This document shows positions 47,256 through 57,333 of a DNA stretch of 64,000 nucleotides, one piece after another. Below the pieces are notes generated by a model, which was not told where the DNA came from, made no database searches, and saw only the letters and a program-made list of their open reading frames with translations. Numbering within the stretch: the stretch's first letter is position 1; each line of letters starts with the position of its first letter. The stretch comes from an uncultured Candidatus Rokubacteria bacterium (lineage in GTDB: Bacteria; Methylomirabilota; Methylomirabilia; Rokubacteriales; CSP1-6): the NCBI GenBank assembly GCA_963758635.1, contig CAVWWD010000007.1:338946-402945 (forward strand), read 5' to 3'. A program made the translations under genes and the position numbers.

Positions 47256-48972
47256 CCGGCGCTCGGCCCCGGAGCGCGTGCCCTCCGTCTCGCCGGGCCG
47301 CGGCGGGCACGCAGCCCGCGCCCGCGGCACGCTGTTGGCGCTGCTCGCCGCGCTGTCCGCCGCCGGCTGCTCCACGGCCGTGCCAGCGGCTACCGAGCCC
47401 GTACACGTGAAAGTACTCGCCATCAACGACTTTCACGGCAACCTGAAGCCGACTCCGGGCATCCGCATCAAGGACCCCGCGGACCCGAGCCGGACCACCC
47501 TGGTCGCGGCCGGCGGCAGCGAGCATCTCGCGACGCTGCTCGGAGAGCTCCGGGCGAAGAACCCCAACCACATCTTCGTCGCCGCGGGCGACCTGGTGGG
47601 CGCCACGCCGCTCCTGTCGGCCCTCTTCCGCGACGAGCCCACTATCGAATCGCTGAGCCTGATGGGGCTCGAGGCCAGCGCCGTCGGCAACCACGAGTTC
47701 GACAGGGGCACCCAGGAGCTGCTGCGTCTGCAGCAGGGGGGCTGTGACGCTCCCGGGGCGTGCAAGGGCCCCGCCCCGTTCACCGGGGCGCGGTTCACGT
47801 ACCTGGCCGCCAGCACCGTGGTCACCGCGACGGGTCGGACACTGCTCCCCGCCTACCACGTGAAGCGGTTTCAAGGCATCCCGGTCGCGTTCGTCGGCCT
47901 GACGCTCAAGGCCACGCCGCACGATCGTGGTGCCGGACGGTGTGCGCGGTCTCGAGCTTCCGCGACGAGGCGGAGACCGTCAACGCGCTGGTGCCCGAGC
48001 TCCGGCGGCAGGGTATCGAGGCGATCGTGGTGCTCATCCACGAGGGCGGCCGGCAGGAGGGGGACTTCAACGAGTGCCAGGGGATCAGCGGGCCCATCGT
48101 CGACATCGTGCGGAAGCTGGACAAGGCCGTCGACGTTGTGGTGAGTGGACACACGCACCGCGCCTACAACTGCCGGATCGACGGCCGTCTCGTGACCAGC
48201 GCCGACCGGTACGGGACCGTGGTGTCGGAGATCGACCTCGTGCTGGACCCGAGGACCCGCGACGTCGTCAGCGCACGGGCACGACAACGTGATCGTGCGG
48301 ACGACCCTCGCGAAGGATCCCGCGCAGACCGCGCTGATCACCAACTACGAGCGGCAGGCCGCGCCGCTGGCGCGCCGCGTGGTGGGCTCCGTCGCCGAGC
48401 CGCTGTCGAGCGCCGCGGCGCCAAACGGCGAGAGCGTGCTCAGCCAGGTGATCGCCGACGCCCAGCTCAGCGCCACCCGCGCGCTCGGCGCGCAGGTGGC
48501 GCTGATGAACCCCGGCGGCATCCGCGCCGATCTGGGCCGGACCGGCGACGGGGAGGTCCGCTACGAGGAGCTGTTCGCGGTGCAGCCCTTCTCCAACCAC
48601 CTGGTGACGATGACGCTCAGCGGGGCGCAGCTCATCGCCCTCCTCGAGCAGCAATGGGTGAATCAGCCTTCCGGCGGCCGCGTGCTGGGCATCTCGCGAG
48701 GGTTCAGCTATGCGTGGGACGCGCAGCAGCCGGCAGGCCGGCGTATCGTGCCCGGGAGCGTGATTCTCGACGGCCGGCCGGTTGCCGCCGATGCCCGGGT
48801 GCAGGTCACGGTGAACGGCTTCCTGGCCGGAGGCGGTGACAACTTCTCGGTTCTCACCGAGGGCAGGGATCGGCAGACCAGCATGGTGGACCTGGAGGCG
48901 CTGGAGGCTTACCTGAAGGCGCATCCCCGCCTGGCTCCAGGGACGCTGGACCGTGTCAGGAGACTGAATTGA
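47245..48972 (+). CDS. bifunctional metallophosphatase/5'-nucleotidase lipoprotein, 2 frame disruptions (near 47925 and 48285)
   Basis: LSAAGC is the lipobox. It carries AINDFHGNL, GNHEFD and SGHTHRAYN, with a C-terminal 5'-nucleotidase domain (NPGGIRADL...). The sequence spans three successive frames (ORFs 47245.., 47760.., 48289..48972). Confidence 0.85.
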
Positions 48973-49237
48973 GCTCTTCTTCCCGCTCGAGCACCGCCCG
49001 TACTACGTGCCGCTCGCCCTGCCCGGGGACGACGTCACGCCCGAGCGGTTCGTGTGCTTTCGCTTCGACGGGGCGCGGGGCCTCTACATCCATCCGAACG
49101 TCTGGCACGAAGGCGTGTTCGGCCTGCACGGCACGCAGCGCTTCTTCGACAAGCAGGGCGCCGTGCACGCGCGCGTCTCGGTGGACTTCCCGCGAGAGTT
49201 CGGATGCCTCCTGGAGGCGCCGATCCCCGCGGTCTGA
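48971..49237 (+). pseudogene. C-terminal fragment of a ureidoglycolate lyase (AllA-like) gene
   Basis: ELFFPLEHRPYYVPLALPGDDVTPERFVCFRFDGARGLYIHPNVWHEGVFGL is collinear with E. coli AllA residues about 75-160 (QAFIPMKG..FVVVVALGDD..LRAF...G.GVNYHRNVWHHPLF). The N-terminal half is missing and the frame starts inside the upstream stop codon. Confidence 0.6.
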
Positions 49238-49250
49238 GGGCCCTGGCGCT

Positions 49251-50252
49251 TCAGGAGCCCGCGGGGGCGGGCGACACCGGGTAGGGGCCGCCGGCGAACG
49301 TCCGGGGATGGTAGCCCTTCGAACCGACGGCGCGCGCCAGCGGGCTCCGCGGGTCGGCGTTCGCTTTCAGCCGGTCCAGCACGGTCCGGAAGTCGTGGCG
49401 CGGGCGCCAGCCGAGATCCCTTCGGGCCCGCTCGTTCACGTACACGCGGTCGATGCCGGGGAACATCCGCCAGCCCCGCCGGGCGTACTCCGCCTCGTAG
49501 TCGGGGACGCGTCTGGCAAGGACCGCGGGCGCGTGCCCGCGGAGCTCGGCCAGGTCCTCCGTCGCGAACGGGGTGGTCGCGCTGACGATGTAGCGGCCGA
49601 ACCCGATGGCCGGCGCTCGCTCGAGGGCCAGGACGTGCGCGGCCACGACGTCCTCCAGGTCCACGCGCCGGTTGAGGTACTCGTTGGCCTTCACGTTGTC
49701 GTCCGCGTAGGCCTCCCGGATCTCCCGGTCGTCGTCGGCTTCTGGAAAGAAGCGGGAGGTCCGGAGGACGAGGCACGGCAGCCCGTGATCCCGATGGAAC
49801 AGCTCGCACAGATCCTCGGCTGCCGCCTTCGTCACGCCGTAGATGTTCCGAGGGACCGGACGCACGTCCTCGGTGACCCACGCCGCGGGCGCTCCCGCCG
49901 CCGGGCGGAGCGCCCCGCCGAAGACGCTGGTCGTGCTCGTGAAGACGAACGCGCCGACGCCCGCCGCGACCGCTTCCTCCAGGAGGCGTAGCGTGCCCGC
50001 AACGTTGGTGGCGACGAAGTCCTCCCTGGCGTGGGTGGCCACGTGGGGCTTGTGCAGCGTGGCCGTGTGGAGGACGGCGCCCACGCCGTGCATGCCGCGC
50101 CGCACGTCCGATCGGATGCTGATGGATCCGATCGTGCTCGTGAAGGGGGAGGGCGCGACGTCCAGGCCGACGACATCGTGGCGCGCCTCGCGCAGGGTGC
50201 GGACCAGCGCCTCGCCGAGATGCCCCGAGCTCCCCGTGACCAGGATCCGCAT
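49251..50252 (-). CDS. NAD-dependent epimerase/dehydratase family protein
   Basis: Starts at ATG 50252: MRILVTGSSGHLGEALV (Rossmann GxxGxxG). It carries the YGVTK catalytic motif and is intact. Confidence 0.85.
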   Translation of the reverse strand: MRILVTGSSGHLGEALVRTLREARHDVVGLDVAPSPFTSTIGSISIRSDVRRGMHGVGAVLHTATLHKPHVATHAREDFVATNVAGTLRLLEEAVAAGVGAFVFTSTTSVFGGALRPAAGAPAAWVTEDVRPVPRNIYGVTKAAAEDLCELFHRDHGLPCLVLRTSRFFPEADDDREIREAYADDNVKANEYLNRRVDLEDVVAAHVLALERAPAIGFGRYIVSATTPFATEDLAELRGHAPAVLARRVPDYEAEYARRGWRMFPGIDRVYVNERARRDLGWRPRHDFRTVLDRLKANADPRSPLARAVGSKGYHPRTFAGGPYPVSPAPAGS

Positions 50253-50402
50253 GATGGTTCCACGGCCTGAAGCCACGATGGATGCAAGGGCGCGCGGGCG
50301 CAAGCGCGGGGACGATCCGCGCCGCTGGGGGCTCGGACAGCGTGAGCGGGCGGGGTCACGAAGATCGCGGTCCGCGCGCATCCCGCGATCTAGAATTCTC
50401 GG

Positions 50403-51026
50403 GTGCTGGGGCGTCCGCGTGAGATCGGTCTGGCGGCCGTCGTCGTCGGCCTGGTCCTGGCCGGCTGCGGCCGCGGCGCGCCCGCGCCCACCGTGACCCG
50501 GATCGCCACGCTCGAGCCGGTCAACTCCGCGGGGGGCTTCGTCGACACCCTCGCGCTCGCGCCGGACGCGTCGCTGGTGGCCACGGGCGAGCGCGGCGGG
50601 CAGATCCGTGTCTGGCCCACGAACGGTGACGCCGCGCCGGCGCCGCTCGGCGGCTACCGGCAGGCCGTCGCCGGCCTCGCCTTCTCTCCCGACGGCCGCC
50701 TGCTCGCCTCGCTTGGACGCCACCGCGAGAGCGCGCTCAGGCTGTGGCGCGCCCCGGATCACACGGGTCCCGCGGCGTGGACGGAGGCGGCGTCTCTGCC
50801 CGTGGGCCGCTGCCTGGGGCTTCGCTTCGATGCGTCCGGGGCCCGCCTGGCGGTGCTGTGCGAGAGCGAGGTGCTGATCGTGGACGTGGCGTCCGCGCGG
50901 GACGTGTTGCACCTGCCGAACCCGCACCGCGAGGCGCTGACCGCCTTCGATCTCTCGGCCGACGGTCAACGGCTCCTGGTGGCAAGCCACGACGGCGACC
51001 TGACGGTGCTCGCTCGTGTAGCGTGA
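50403..51026 (+). CDS. WD40-like repeat lipoprotein
   Basis: VVVGLVLAGC is the lipobox. Repeats of the type GGQIRVWP, LAFSPDGRLLAS and ALRLWR are present. Confidence 0.55.
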   Translation: MLGRPREIGLAAVVVGLVLAGCGRGAPAPTVTRIATLEPVNSAGGFVDTLALAPDASLVATGERGGQIRVWPTNGDAAPAPLGGYRQAVAGLAFSPDGRLLASLGRHRESALRLWRAPDHTGPAAWTEAASLPVGRCLGLRFDASGARLAVLCESEVLIVDVASARDVLHLPNPHREALTAFDLSADGQRLLVASHDGDLTVLARVA

Positions 51027-51073
51027 GAGTGAGCGTCACGCATCACCACACACGAACGCACAGGAGAGCGGCC

Positions 51074-51559
51074 ATGATGAACGCAGAGCCTCAGAGGGAA
51101 CACAAGTGGCTGGAGAAGCTCGTGGGCGAGTGGACGTACGAGACGGAGGGCGTGATGGAGCCGGGCAAGCCCGCCGAGAGGTGCGGGGGCACGGAGCGCG
51201 TGCGGTCGCTCGGGAGCCTCTGGATCGTCGCCGAGGGACAGGGAGAGATGCCGGGCGGCGAGGCGGCCACCATGCTCATGACGCTCGGCTTCGACCCGGA
51301 CAAGAAGCGCTTCGTCGGCACCTGGGTCGGGTCGATGATGACCCACATGTTCGTCTACGACGGCGCCCTCGATCCGGCCGAGCGCGTACTCGTGCTGGAG
51401 TCCGACGGCCCCTCGATGGCCGGCGACGGGACGATGGCCCGATACCGCGACGCCATCTCGATCGAGAGCGACGACCACCGCGTGCTGACCTCGAGCGTGC
51501 GGGCCCCGGACGGCACGTGGCAGCCGTTCATGACCGCGCACTACCGGCGGAAGAAGTGA
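51074..51559 (+). CDS. DUF1579-domain protein
   Basis: Starts at ATG 51074: MMNAEPQREHKWLEKLVGEWTYE...RFVGTWVGSMMTHMFVYDG... Confidence 0.65.
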   Translation: MMNAEPQREHKWLEKLVGEWTYETEGVMEPGKPAERCGGTERVRSLGSLWIVAEGQGEMPGGEAATMLMTLGFDPDKKRFVGTWVGSMMTHMFVYDGALDPAERVLVLESDGPSMAGDGTMARYRDAISIESDDHRVLTSSVRAPDGTWQPFMTAHYRRKK

Positions 51560-51618
51560 CCGCCGAGGCGGTCGCGGCAGCCGGTCGGCTCCCGGGCCTC
51601 GCGGCGCCGCGGGGCTCA

Positions 51619-52065
51619 TCAGCGGCGGCTCAGGGTCTCCGGTGACACGCGAAACGGGTTGACGACCCGCACCGGGCCCAGCATCGAGTCGTCCTGTAGA
51701 TCCTCGGTGAGCAGGTAGGCGCAACCCGCCACCTCGGCCGCGGCGGCGATCAGCGAGTCCCACCACGAGAGCCGGTGGCGGTCCTGGATGCGCCACGCGC
51801 CCTCGAGCACCCGCGTGTCGATGGGAACCGGCCGCCACGGAAGGAGCGACCGTACGACCTGGCGCGCCGCCGCGCGGTCGAGGCCGGGATCCAGCTTCTC
51901 CGTCACGGTCACGTAGAACTCCTGGAGGACCTGATAGCTCAGCCGGCCCTGCCGCGTGTTCCACAGGTGCGCCATCCAGCTGGCCGCCTTCCTGTGCTTG
52001 TCGAGCTCCGCGGTATCGCGGCTGTAGACGAGGACGTTGGTGTCGACGAAGACGTCACCGGCCAT
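51619..52065 (-). CDS. vapC: PIN-domain toxin (VapC family)
   Basis: 148 aa. It starts FVDTNVLVYSRD, carries ...SWWDSLIAAAAEVAGCAYLLTEDL, and is intact. It overlaps vapB by 11 nt. Confidence 0.8.
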   Translation of the reverse strand: MAGDVFVDTNVLVYSRDTAELDKHRKAASWMAHLWNTRQGRLSYQVLQEFYVTVTEKLDPGLDRAAARQVVRSLLPWRPVPIDTRVLEGAWRIQDRHRLSWWDSLIAAAAEVAGCAYLLTEDLQDDSMLGPVRVVNPFRVSPETLSRR

Positions 52066-52291
52066 AGAGGTCGGCTCGCTTCGGGTATCGGGTCGTCGGC
52101 TTCCGGAGCTTCCTGGCCGGGCGCGCCAGGTACTCGCGCCGCGCCACCTCGTAGCTCTGCTCTTCGTGCATCTTCTCGCGCAAGAGTTCTCCGACCAGGC
52201 GCGACATGCTCGTGTCCAGTTCAGCGGCCCGGATTCTCGCCCACCGGGCGACGTCCTCGTCGAGGGTGATCGTCACGTTGCGCAGGCTCAC
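52055..52291 (-). CDS. vapB: ribbon-helix-helix antitoxin (VapB-like)
   Basis: Starts at GTG 52291: VSLRNVTITLDEDVARWARIRAAELDTSMSRLVGELL. A direct repeat agtgtag x2 (52298-52304 and 52314-52320) just upstream is a possible operator. Confidence 0.7.
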   Translation of the reverse strand: MSLRNVTITLDEDVARWARIRAAELDTSMSRLVGELLREKMHEEQSYEVARREYLARPARKLRKPTTRYPKRADLYGR

Positions 52292-52361
52292 TGAGGAAGT
52301 GTAGCACGAAAACAGTGTAGATATGCAGAGCGCGAGCGGCTCCACGGGGGCGGCGGCCCGG

Positions 52362-53251
52362 TCAGTAGAGTGAGTCGCGCGTCTGCTGCGCGAGCCGCGC
52401 CCGCAGCCGCTCGTCGATCTCCTGCTGGATGTTCTGGAGCGCCGAGGCCACGAGATGGCCGACCGCGGTCAGCGCCACCTCGGCCTCGGACTTCTCGGCG
52501 GTGATCATCGCGCGCTCGTTCCGCGCGAGCAGGAATCCCGCGGGCGCGTCGCCCTTGCCGGCCAGCGCGACACAGAAGGCGGCGGTGTCGAGCGCGCTGC
52601 TCGAGCCTACCTCGAGCGACAGCGTCCCCGCGAAGCTCGACGCCTGCGGTCCCGCCGCGGCCACCTGAGCCATCTCGTCGTTGAACACGTTGTAGACGTA
52701 CGCGGCCGCCGACCACTCGCCTTCCAGGTGCAGGATCAAGCGGTGGAGCACGGCGGTCAGGAAGCCGGCCTCGTCCTCGTACCGCCGCGACGTGAGGTCA
52801 CCGACATCGTAGAGGAGCGCGACCAAACGGGACGAGCGCCGCAGCCGCTGGGAGAGGATGCGCAGCAGCTCTACGACGAGGCCCACGGCCAGCCACTGCT
52901 CGAGCATCGGCCCGCCCAGGACGAAGAGGGTCGTATCCGTGTGCGCGACCGCTCGCGCCGAGCGCGGCCGGTTCTCGATGAGGGCCATCTCCCCGAGGAC
53001 GTCGCCGGGCGACAGGACGGCCAGCTCGGCGAAGCCGCCCGCCTCCACGCGCTTCTCGATGCGCACCCGCCCCACGGCGAGCAGGAACATCGCGTCGCCC
53101 GGGCGTGCCTTCCTCGAAGATCAGGCCGCCCGCCGGGACGGTCTGCACGACGAGGATGCGCGCCAGCTCCTCGATCTTGGCGTCCGGCGAGGTGGCGAAA
53201 CAGCGGGAGCGCGCGGAGCTGGCCGACCCGCTCCCGCGTGTCGTCGGTCAC
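52362..53251 (-). CDS. cyclic-nucleotide-binding domain protein with a C-terminal GAF-like region, 2 frame disruptions (near 53190 and 53098)
   Basis: LRALPLFRHL | PDAKIEELARILVVQTVPAGGLIFEEGTPG | DAMFLLAVGRVRIEKRVEAGGFAELAVLSPGDVLGEMALIENRPRSA is spread over three frames. The remainder is in ORF 52362..53090. The GTG start at 53251 is tentative (see findings). Confidence 0.7.
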
Positions 53252-53282
53252 GGCGCGCTCCGCCCGGCCCGGCGGCCGGCCA

Positions 53283-54394
53283 TCACACGCCCCGCCATCC
53301 CGCCGGAGACCGGAGAGCAGCCGCACCTGGTCGGGGTTGTGAGCCTTGGCCAGGGCTACGCGGGCATCGACCAGCCCGCTCTTGATCACCTCGGCCAGCG
53401 ACCGGTCCATCGTCGTCATCCCGAACTGTGCGCCGGTCTCGATGGCGCTGTAGATCGTGTGGGGCTTGCCCTCGCGGATCTGGTTCGCGATGGCCGGCGT
53501 CACGACCATCAGCTCCCGGACGGCCACCCGCCCCTTGCCGTCCCGGCGCGGGAGCAGGAGCTGCGCGATGACGGCCCGGAGGGAGTTCGCGAGCTGGACG
53601 CGGATCTGGTCCTGCTGGCGGGCCGGGAACACGTCGATGATCCGCGCCACCGTCGAGGGGGCGTCCTGGGTGTGCAGCGTCCCGAAGCACAGGTGACCGG
53701 TCTCCGCGGCGGTGACGGCGAGGCCGATCGTCTCGTGGTCCCGCATCTCCCCGACCAGGATGATGTCCGGATCCTCCCGCAGCGCGGCGCGGAGCGCGTT
53801 CGGGAACGACTTCGTCGTCTGTCCGACCTCACGCTGAGTGATGATCGATCGCTTGTCCTCGTAGACGAACTCGATCGGATCCTCGATGGTCAGGATGTGC
53901 TCGGAGCGGGTGCGGTTGGCGCGCTCGATCAGGCAGGCCAGGGTCGTCGACTTGCCCGACCCGGCGGGCCCGGTGACGAGGACGAGGCCGCGCGGGAGCG
54001 ACGCCAGGTCGAGCATGGCGGGCGTGAGCCCGATGGCCTCCGGGTCCGGGATGTCCACGCCGATGACGCGAAGAGCCGCCTCGACGCCGTTCCGGCTCAT
54101 CAGCACGTTGAGGCGGAAGCGCGAGAGGCCGTGCACCTCGTACGACCAGTCGAGCTCCCAGCTCTCCTCGAACCGGGCCCGCTGATCGTCGGGGAGCATC
54201 GAGTAGATCAGCGCCTGGGCAGCCTCGCGATCCAGCGCGGGGAGAGACGGGTCGATCGCGACGATCGTGCCGTTCTTGCGCATCATGGGCGGCCGCCCGA
54301 CGCGGAGGTGGATGTCGCTGCACCGCTGGTCGACAGCCGCCTTGAGGACCGTCACGAGGTCCACGGCGTGGCGTCCGGGGCCGACGGCGCTCAC
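53283..54394 (-). CDS. pilT: PilT-family type IV pilus retraction ATPase (copy 2); 3' end not defined by a stop in frame
   Basis: The GTG at 54394 overlaps the upstream stop (GTGA). It carries GLVLVTGPAGSGKSTT (Walker A), ILVGEMRD and HLCFGTLHT. The printed frame has no stop until 52871, so the end given here is approximate. Confidence 0.8.
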
Positions 54395-55530
54395 CGTCCG
54401 GTCGCTCCGGTGGACGTGCTCGGAGACGCGACGGCCCGGGCATCCGCGAGCCCCTGCGTCTGCAGGCGGATCCGCAGGTCGTTCGGGTTCGGGCTGACGG
54501 CCAGCGCCTCCTCCACGGAGATTGTCCGGGCCGTGAGGTGCGCGAGGAGCGCCTGGTTGAGGGACTGCATCTTGTAGAACGTGGCCGAGTCCTCGATGGC
54601 CTTGCCGAGCGCGCCGATCTTGTCGTCCTCGATGAGCTTCTGCACGGTCGGCGTGTTGATCATCACTTCCTGCACGGCCACCCGGCCCGGCCGGTCGGCG
54701 CGCTTCACGAGGCGCTGGGACACGACGGCGAGGAGGCATTTCGCGAGCTGCATGCGGGTCTGGTGCTGGCTCTCGGGCGCGTACGCGTCCAGGATCCGGT
54801 CGATGGACTGCTTGGCGTCGTTCGTGTGCAGGGTCCCGAAGACCAGGTGGCCCGTCTCGGCCGCGCGGAGCGCCGTGCTGATGGTCTCGGCGTCCCGCAT
54901 CTCGCCGACCAGGATCACGTCTGGATCCTGGCGCAGGGCGCGGCGGAGCCCCTCCGCGAACGCACGGGTATCGGCGCCGATCTCACGCTGGTTGATGACG
55001 CCGAGGGCATCCTCGTACACGAACTCGATCGGGTCCTCCAGGGTGACGATGTGGACCGGCCGGTGTCGGTTGATGTGGTCGATGATCGCGGCGAGCGTCG
55101 TGGTCTTGCCGGACCCCGTGGGGCCCGTCACCAGGAACAGCCCCTGCGGGCGAAGGGCGAGCTCCTTCAGGATGGCCGGCGCGCCCAGGTCGTCGAGGCT
55201 GGGTACCTTGGCCGGGATGAGGCGGAACACGGCGCCGGGCAGCCCCTTCTGGAAGAAGGCGTTCCCGCGGAAGCGGCCCAGGCCCGGGACCGCGAACGAG
55301 AAGTCCAGCTCCTTGTCACGCGTGAGCGTGGACCGCTGATCCCCGTCGATGACGCTGCCGATCAGGCGCTCGACGGCCTCTGCCGCGAGCACCGGGCGCC
55401 CGCCCATGGGGACCAGGTCGCCCTGAAGCCGCATCATGGGGGGCCGGCCGACCTTCAGATGGAGGTCGCTCGCCCCCCTCTCGGCGAGCGTCTGCAAGAG
55501 CGCGGACATGGTGGTCGACCCGTCTTCCAT
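54391..55530 (-). CDS. pilT: PilT-family type IV pilus retraction ATPase (copy 1)
   Basis: Starts at ATG 55530 (MEDGSTTMSALLQTLAERGASDLHLKVGRPP). It carries GLFLVTGPTGSGKTTT, ILVGEMRD and HLVFGTLHTNDA, and is intact. Confidence 0.85.
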   Translation of the reverse strand: MEDGSTTMSALLQTLAERGASDLHLKVGRPPMMRLQGDLVPMGGRPVLAAEAVERLIGSVIDGDQRSTLTRDKELDFSFAVPGLGRFRGNAFFQKGLPGAVFRLIPAKVPSLDDLGAPAILKELALRPQGLFLVTGPTGSGKTTTLAAIIDHINRHRPVHIVTLEDPIEFVYEDALGVINQREIGADTRAFAEGLRRALRQDPDVILVGEMRDAETISTALRAAETGHLVFGTLHTNDAKQSIDRILDAYAPESQHQTRMQLAKCLLAVVSQRLVKRADRPGRVAVQEVMINTPTVQKLIEDDKIGALGKAIEDSATFYKMQSLNQALLAHLTARTISVEEALAVSPNPNDLRIRLQTQGLADARAVASPSTSTGATGR

Positions 55531-55633
55531 TCGTGTTCCCTCGAATGCGCCCGCGTCGCTTGAGGAGCACGCGGTGGGCACGGTCCAGCCATCGATACCA
55601 TACCCCGGCGGCGGGCAACAGCCGAGCGCCCGC

Positions 55634-56161
55634 TCACCTCTGGCCGGACAGGATGCGGAAGGCCTCCACGATCTGCGGCACCTGATCCGGACGGATCCCC
55701 GACTCGGGCATCCGCTGCATCCGCCGGATCGTCGCCACCTGCTGCGTCGGGGTCTGGAGCACGAGGCGGCTCAGCACCGCCTCGGTGTGGCAGCGGGTGC
55801 ACTGGAGCATGGTGAGCGAGGCCTGGATGACCTGGAACTCCTCGGCGGGGATGTTCGCCCCGGGGTGCGTGCTCATGCGCGCGATCGTGTCCAGGATGGG
55901 CTGGCGCTCCCAGCCGAGCGCGGCGGCGAACCGGCGGTCGGTGTGGCACCGGCCGCAGCGCTGGTCGAGGATCTGCTGGATGCGCAGCGGGCGCAGCGCG
56001 GCCACGTCGTCCTTGGTGACCAGGCGGTCGGGCAGCGCGCGCACCTCGTTCCGCACCACGAGCAGCTCGCTGATCAGGAACAGGGTGAGGACGAGGTTGA
56101 CCGCGACGACCAGCGCCAGGACGAAGGCCAGCCGGGAGCTCAGGCCGGAGGGGGCCGTCAC
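55634..56161 (-). CDS. membrane-anchored diheme c-type cytochrome
   Basis: The GTG at 56161 overlaps the NrfD stop (GTGA). It has a TM helix (LAFVLALVVAVNLVLTLFLI) and two CXXCH motifs (CGRCH, CTRCH). Confidence 0.65.
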   Translation of the reverse strand: MTAPSGLSSRLAFVLALVVAVNLVLTLFLISELLVVRNEVRALPDRLVTKDDVAALRPLRIQQILDQRCGRCHTDRRFAAALGWERQPILDTIARMSTHPGANIPAEEFQVIQASLTMLQCTRCHTEAVLSRLVLQTPTQQVATIRRMQRMPESGIRPDQVPQIVEAFRILSGQR

Positions 56162-57333
56162 GAGGCGGCCTGCGCGACGGGGCCCGCCGGCGCGCGGGAG
56201 GCCTCCGGCTCGAGCGGAGGCTCCGTGTGGATCGGGAGCCACCGTACCAGGTAGATGTACGCGAGGATCATCCCCGCCATCGCGCCCACCGAGATCAGCA
56301 CCTCGGTGGGGGCCGGCCGGTAGCTCTCCCAGCTGTGCACCTTCATCGTGAGCACCGCGGCGTTGAGCCGATTCAGCACCACCCCGACGACGACGCACGC
56401 CGCCGCCCCGCACATCGCCCACTTGCGGTGCTCCACGTCGGGCATCAGCAGGAGGGCCAGCGGGACCAGGAGCCCGACGAGCATCTCGAGCCAGAACCAG
56501 CGCGCCTCGAACCCGAACGAGAGCGCGGCGTCGCCCACGCCCCGGTAGAGGACGTCGCCGATCCGGAGCGCGAGGTAGGCGGCGACCAGCACGGTGAGGC
56601 CGCGCGCGAGGCTCCGCAGCACGTCCATGCGGGGCTGCAGCCGCAGGAAGTGCGTGGCGAGCGTGTGCTCGACGATCATCACCGCGGGGCCGGCCATGAT
56701 CGCCGAGAACAGGAAGAACACGGGGAGCAGCTCGGAGTGCCAGAGCTCGTGGACCTTGGTGGGCAGCAGCAGCAGCAGCGTGCCCAGCGAGGACTGGTGG
56801 AGCGACGAGAGCGACACGCCGGTGATGACGATCAGGAGGTACACGGCGTTGATGCGCCGGACCGGCCAGTGCCATCCGAGCTTGGCGAAGACGAGCGGGC
56901 TGAATTCCAGCACGAGGACCGTGGTGTAGGCCACCGCGCAGAGCGCCACCTCGTACATGGCCGAGGTGGGGGCCCAGGACAGGAACACCATCCAGATCAT
57001 CCACGGCCGGCCGAGCTCCACCATCAGCACCGCGGCGTAGGTGACGTACCAGAGGAGGCCCACGAGGAGCGCGGCGCGCACGATGTGACGCAGCCCCTTG
57101 ATGTCGAAGATCTCGCCCGCCGCGGCCATGGTGAAGCCCACGCCACCGAGCGCGATCCGCGTCAGCATGTCGAAGCCCACCCACCATCCCCAGGGGTACG
57201 CCTGGTTGATGTTGGCGATGGTGGCGAGGCCCGTGGCGAAGCGGACGATGGTGGCGACCACGGCGGCCAGCACCAGCACCCACAGGGTGCCCAGGACCGG
57301 CCACGGCCAGCGCGGCCGCTCAGTGGTCGTCAT
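56158..57333 (-). CDS. NrfD/PsrC/HybB-type integral membrane (quinone-interacting) subunit
   Basis: Intact 391-aa ORF with about 10 TM segments, starting MTTTERPRWPWPVLGTLWVLVLAAVVATIVRFATGLATIANINQAYPWGWWVGFDM. It overlaps the beta-subunit gene by 14 nt. Confidence 0.75.
   Translation of the reverse strand: MTTTERPRWPWPVLGTLWVLVLAAVVATIVRFATGLATIANINQAYPWGWWVGFDMLTRIALGGVGFTMAAAGEIFDIKGLRHIVRAALLVGLLWYVTYAAVLMVELGRPWMIWMVFLSWAPTSAMYEVALCAVAYTTVLVLEFSPLVFAKLGWHWPVRRINAVYLLIVITGVSLSSLHQSSLGTLLLLLPTKVHELWHSELLPVFFLFSAIMAGPAVMIVEHTLATHFLRLQPRMDVLRSLARGLTVLVAAYLALRIGDVLYRGVGDAALSFGFEARWFWLEMLVGLLVPLALLLMPDVEHRKWAMCGAAACVVVGVVLNRLNAAVLTMKVHSWESYRPAPTEVLISVGAMAGMILAYIYLVRWLPIHTEPPLEPEASRAPAGPVAQAAS

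Noticed and set aside
25654-49300. Direct repeat of the tRNA-Gly 3' end (attR) that would delimit a genomic island
   Set aside because: Reading by eye I found no second copy of ggttcgaatccggtcggccgc or a substantial part of it. The right-hand island boundary therefore remains undefined.
50362-50391. 9-bp inverted repeat agatcgcgg-N12-ccgcgatct between the divergent epimerase and WD40 genes
   Set aside because: It is short and GC-rich in a GC-rich genome, with no supporting promoter elements or second copy. It may be an operator but cannot be supported.
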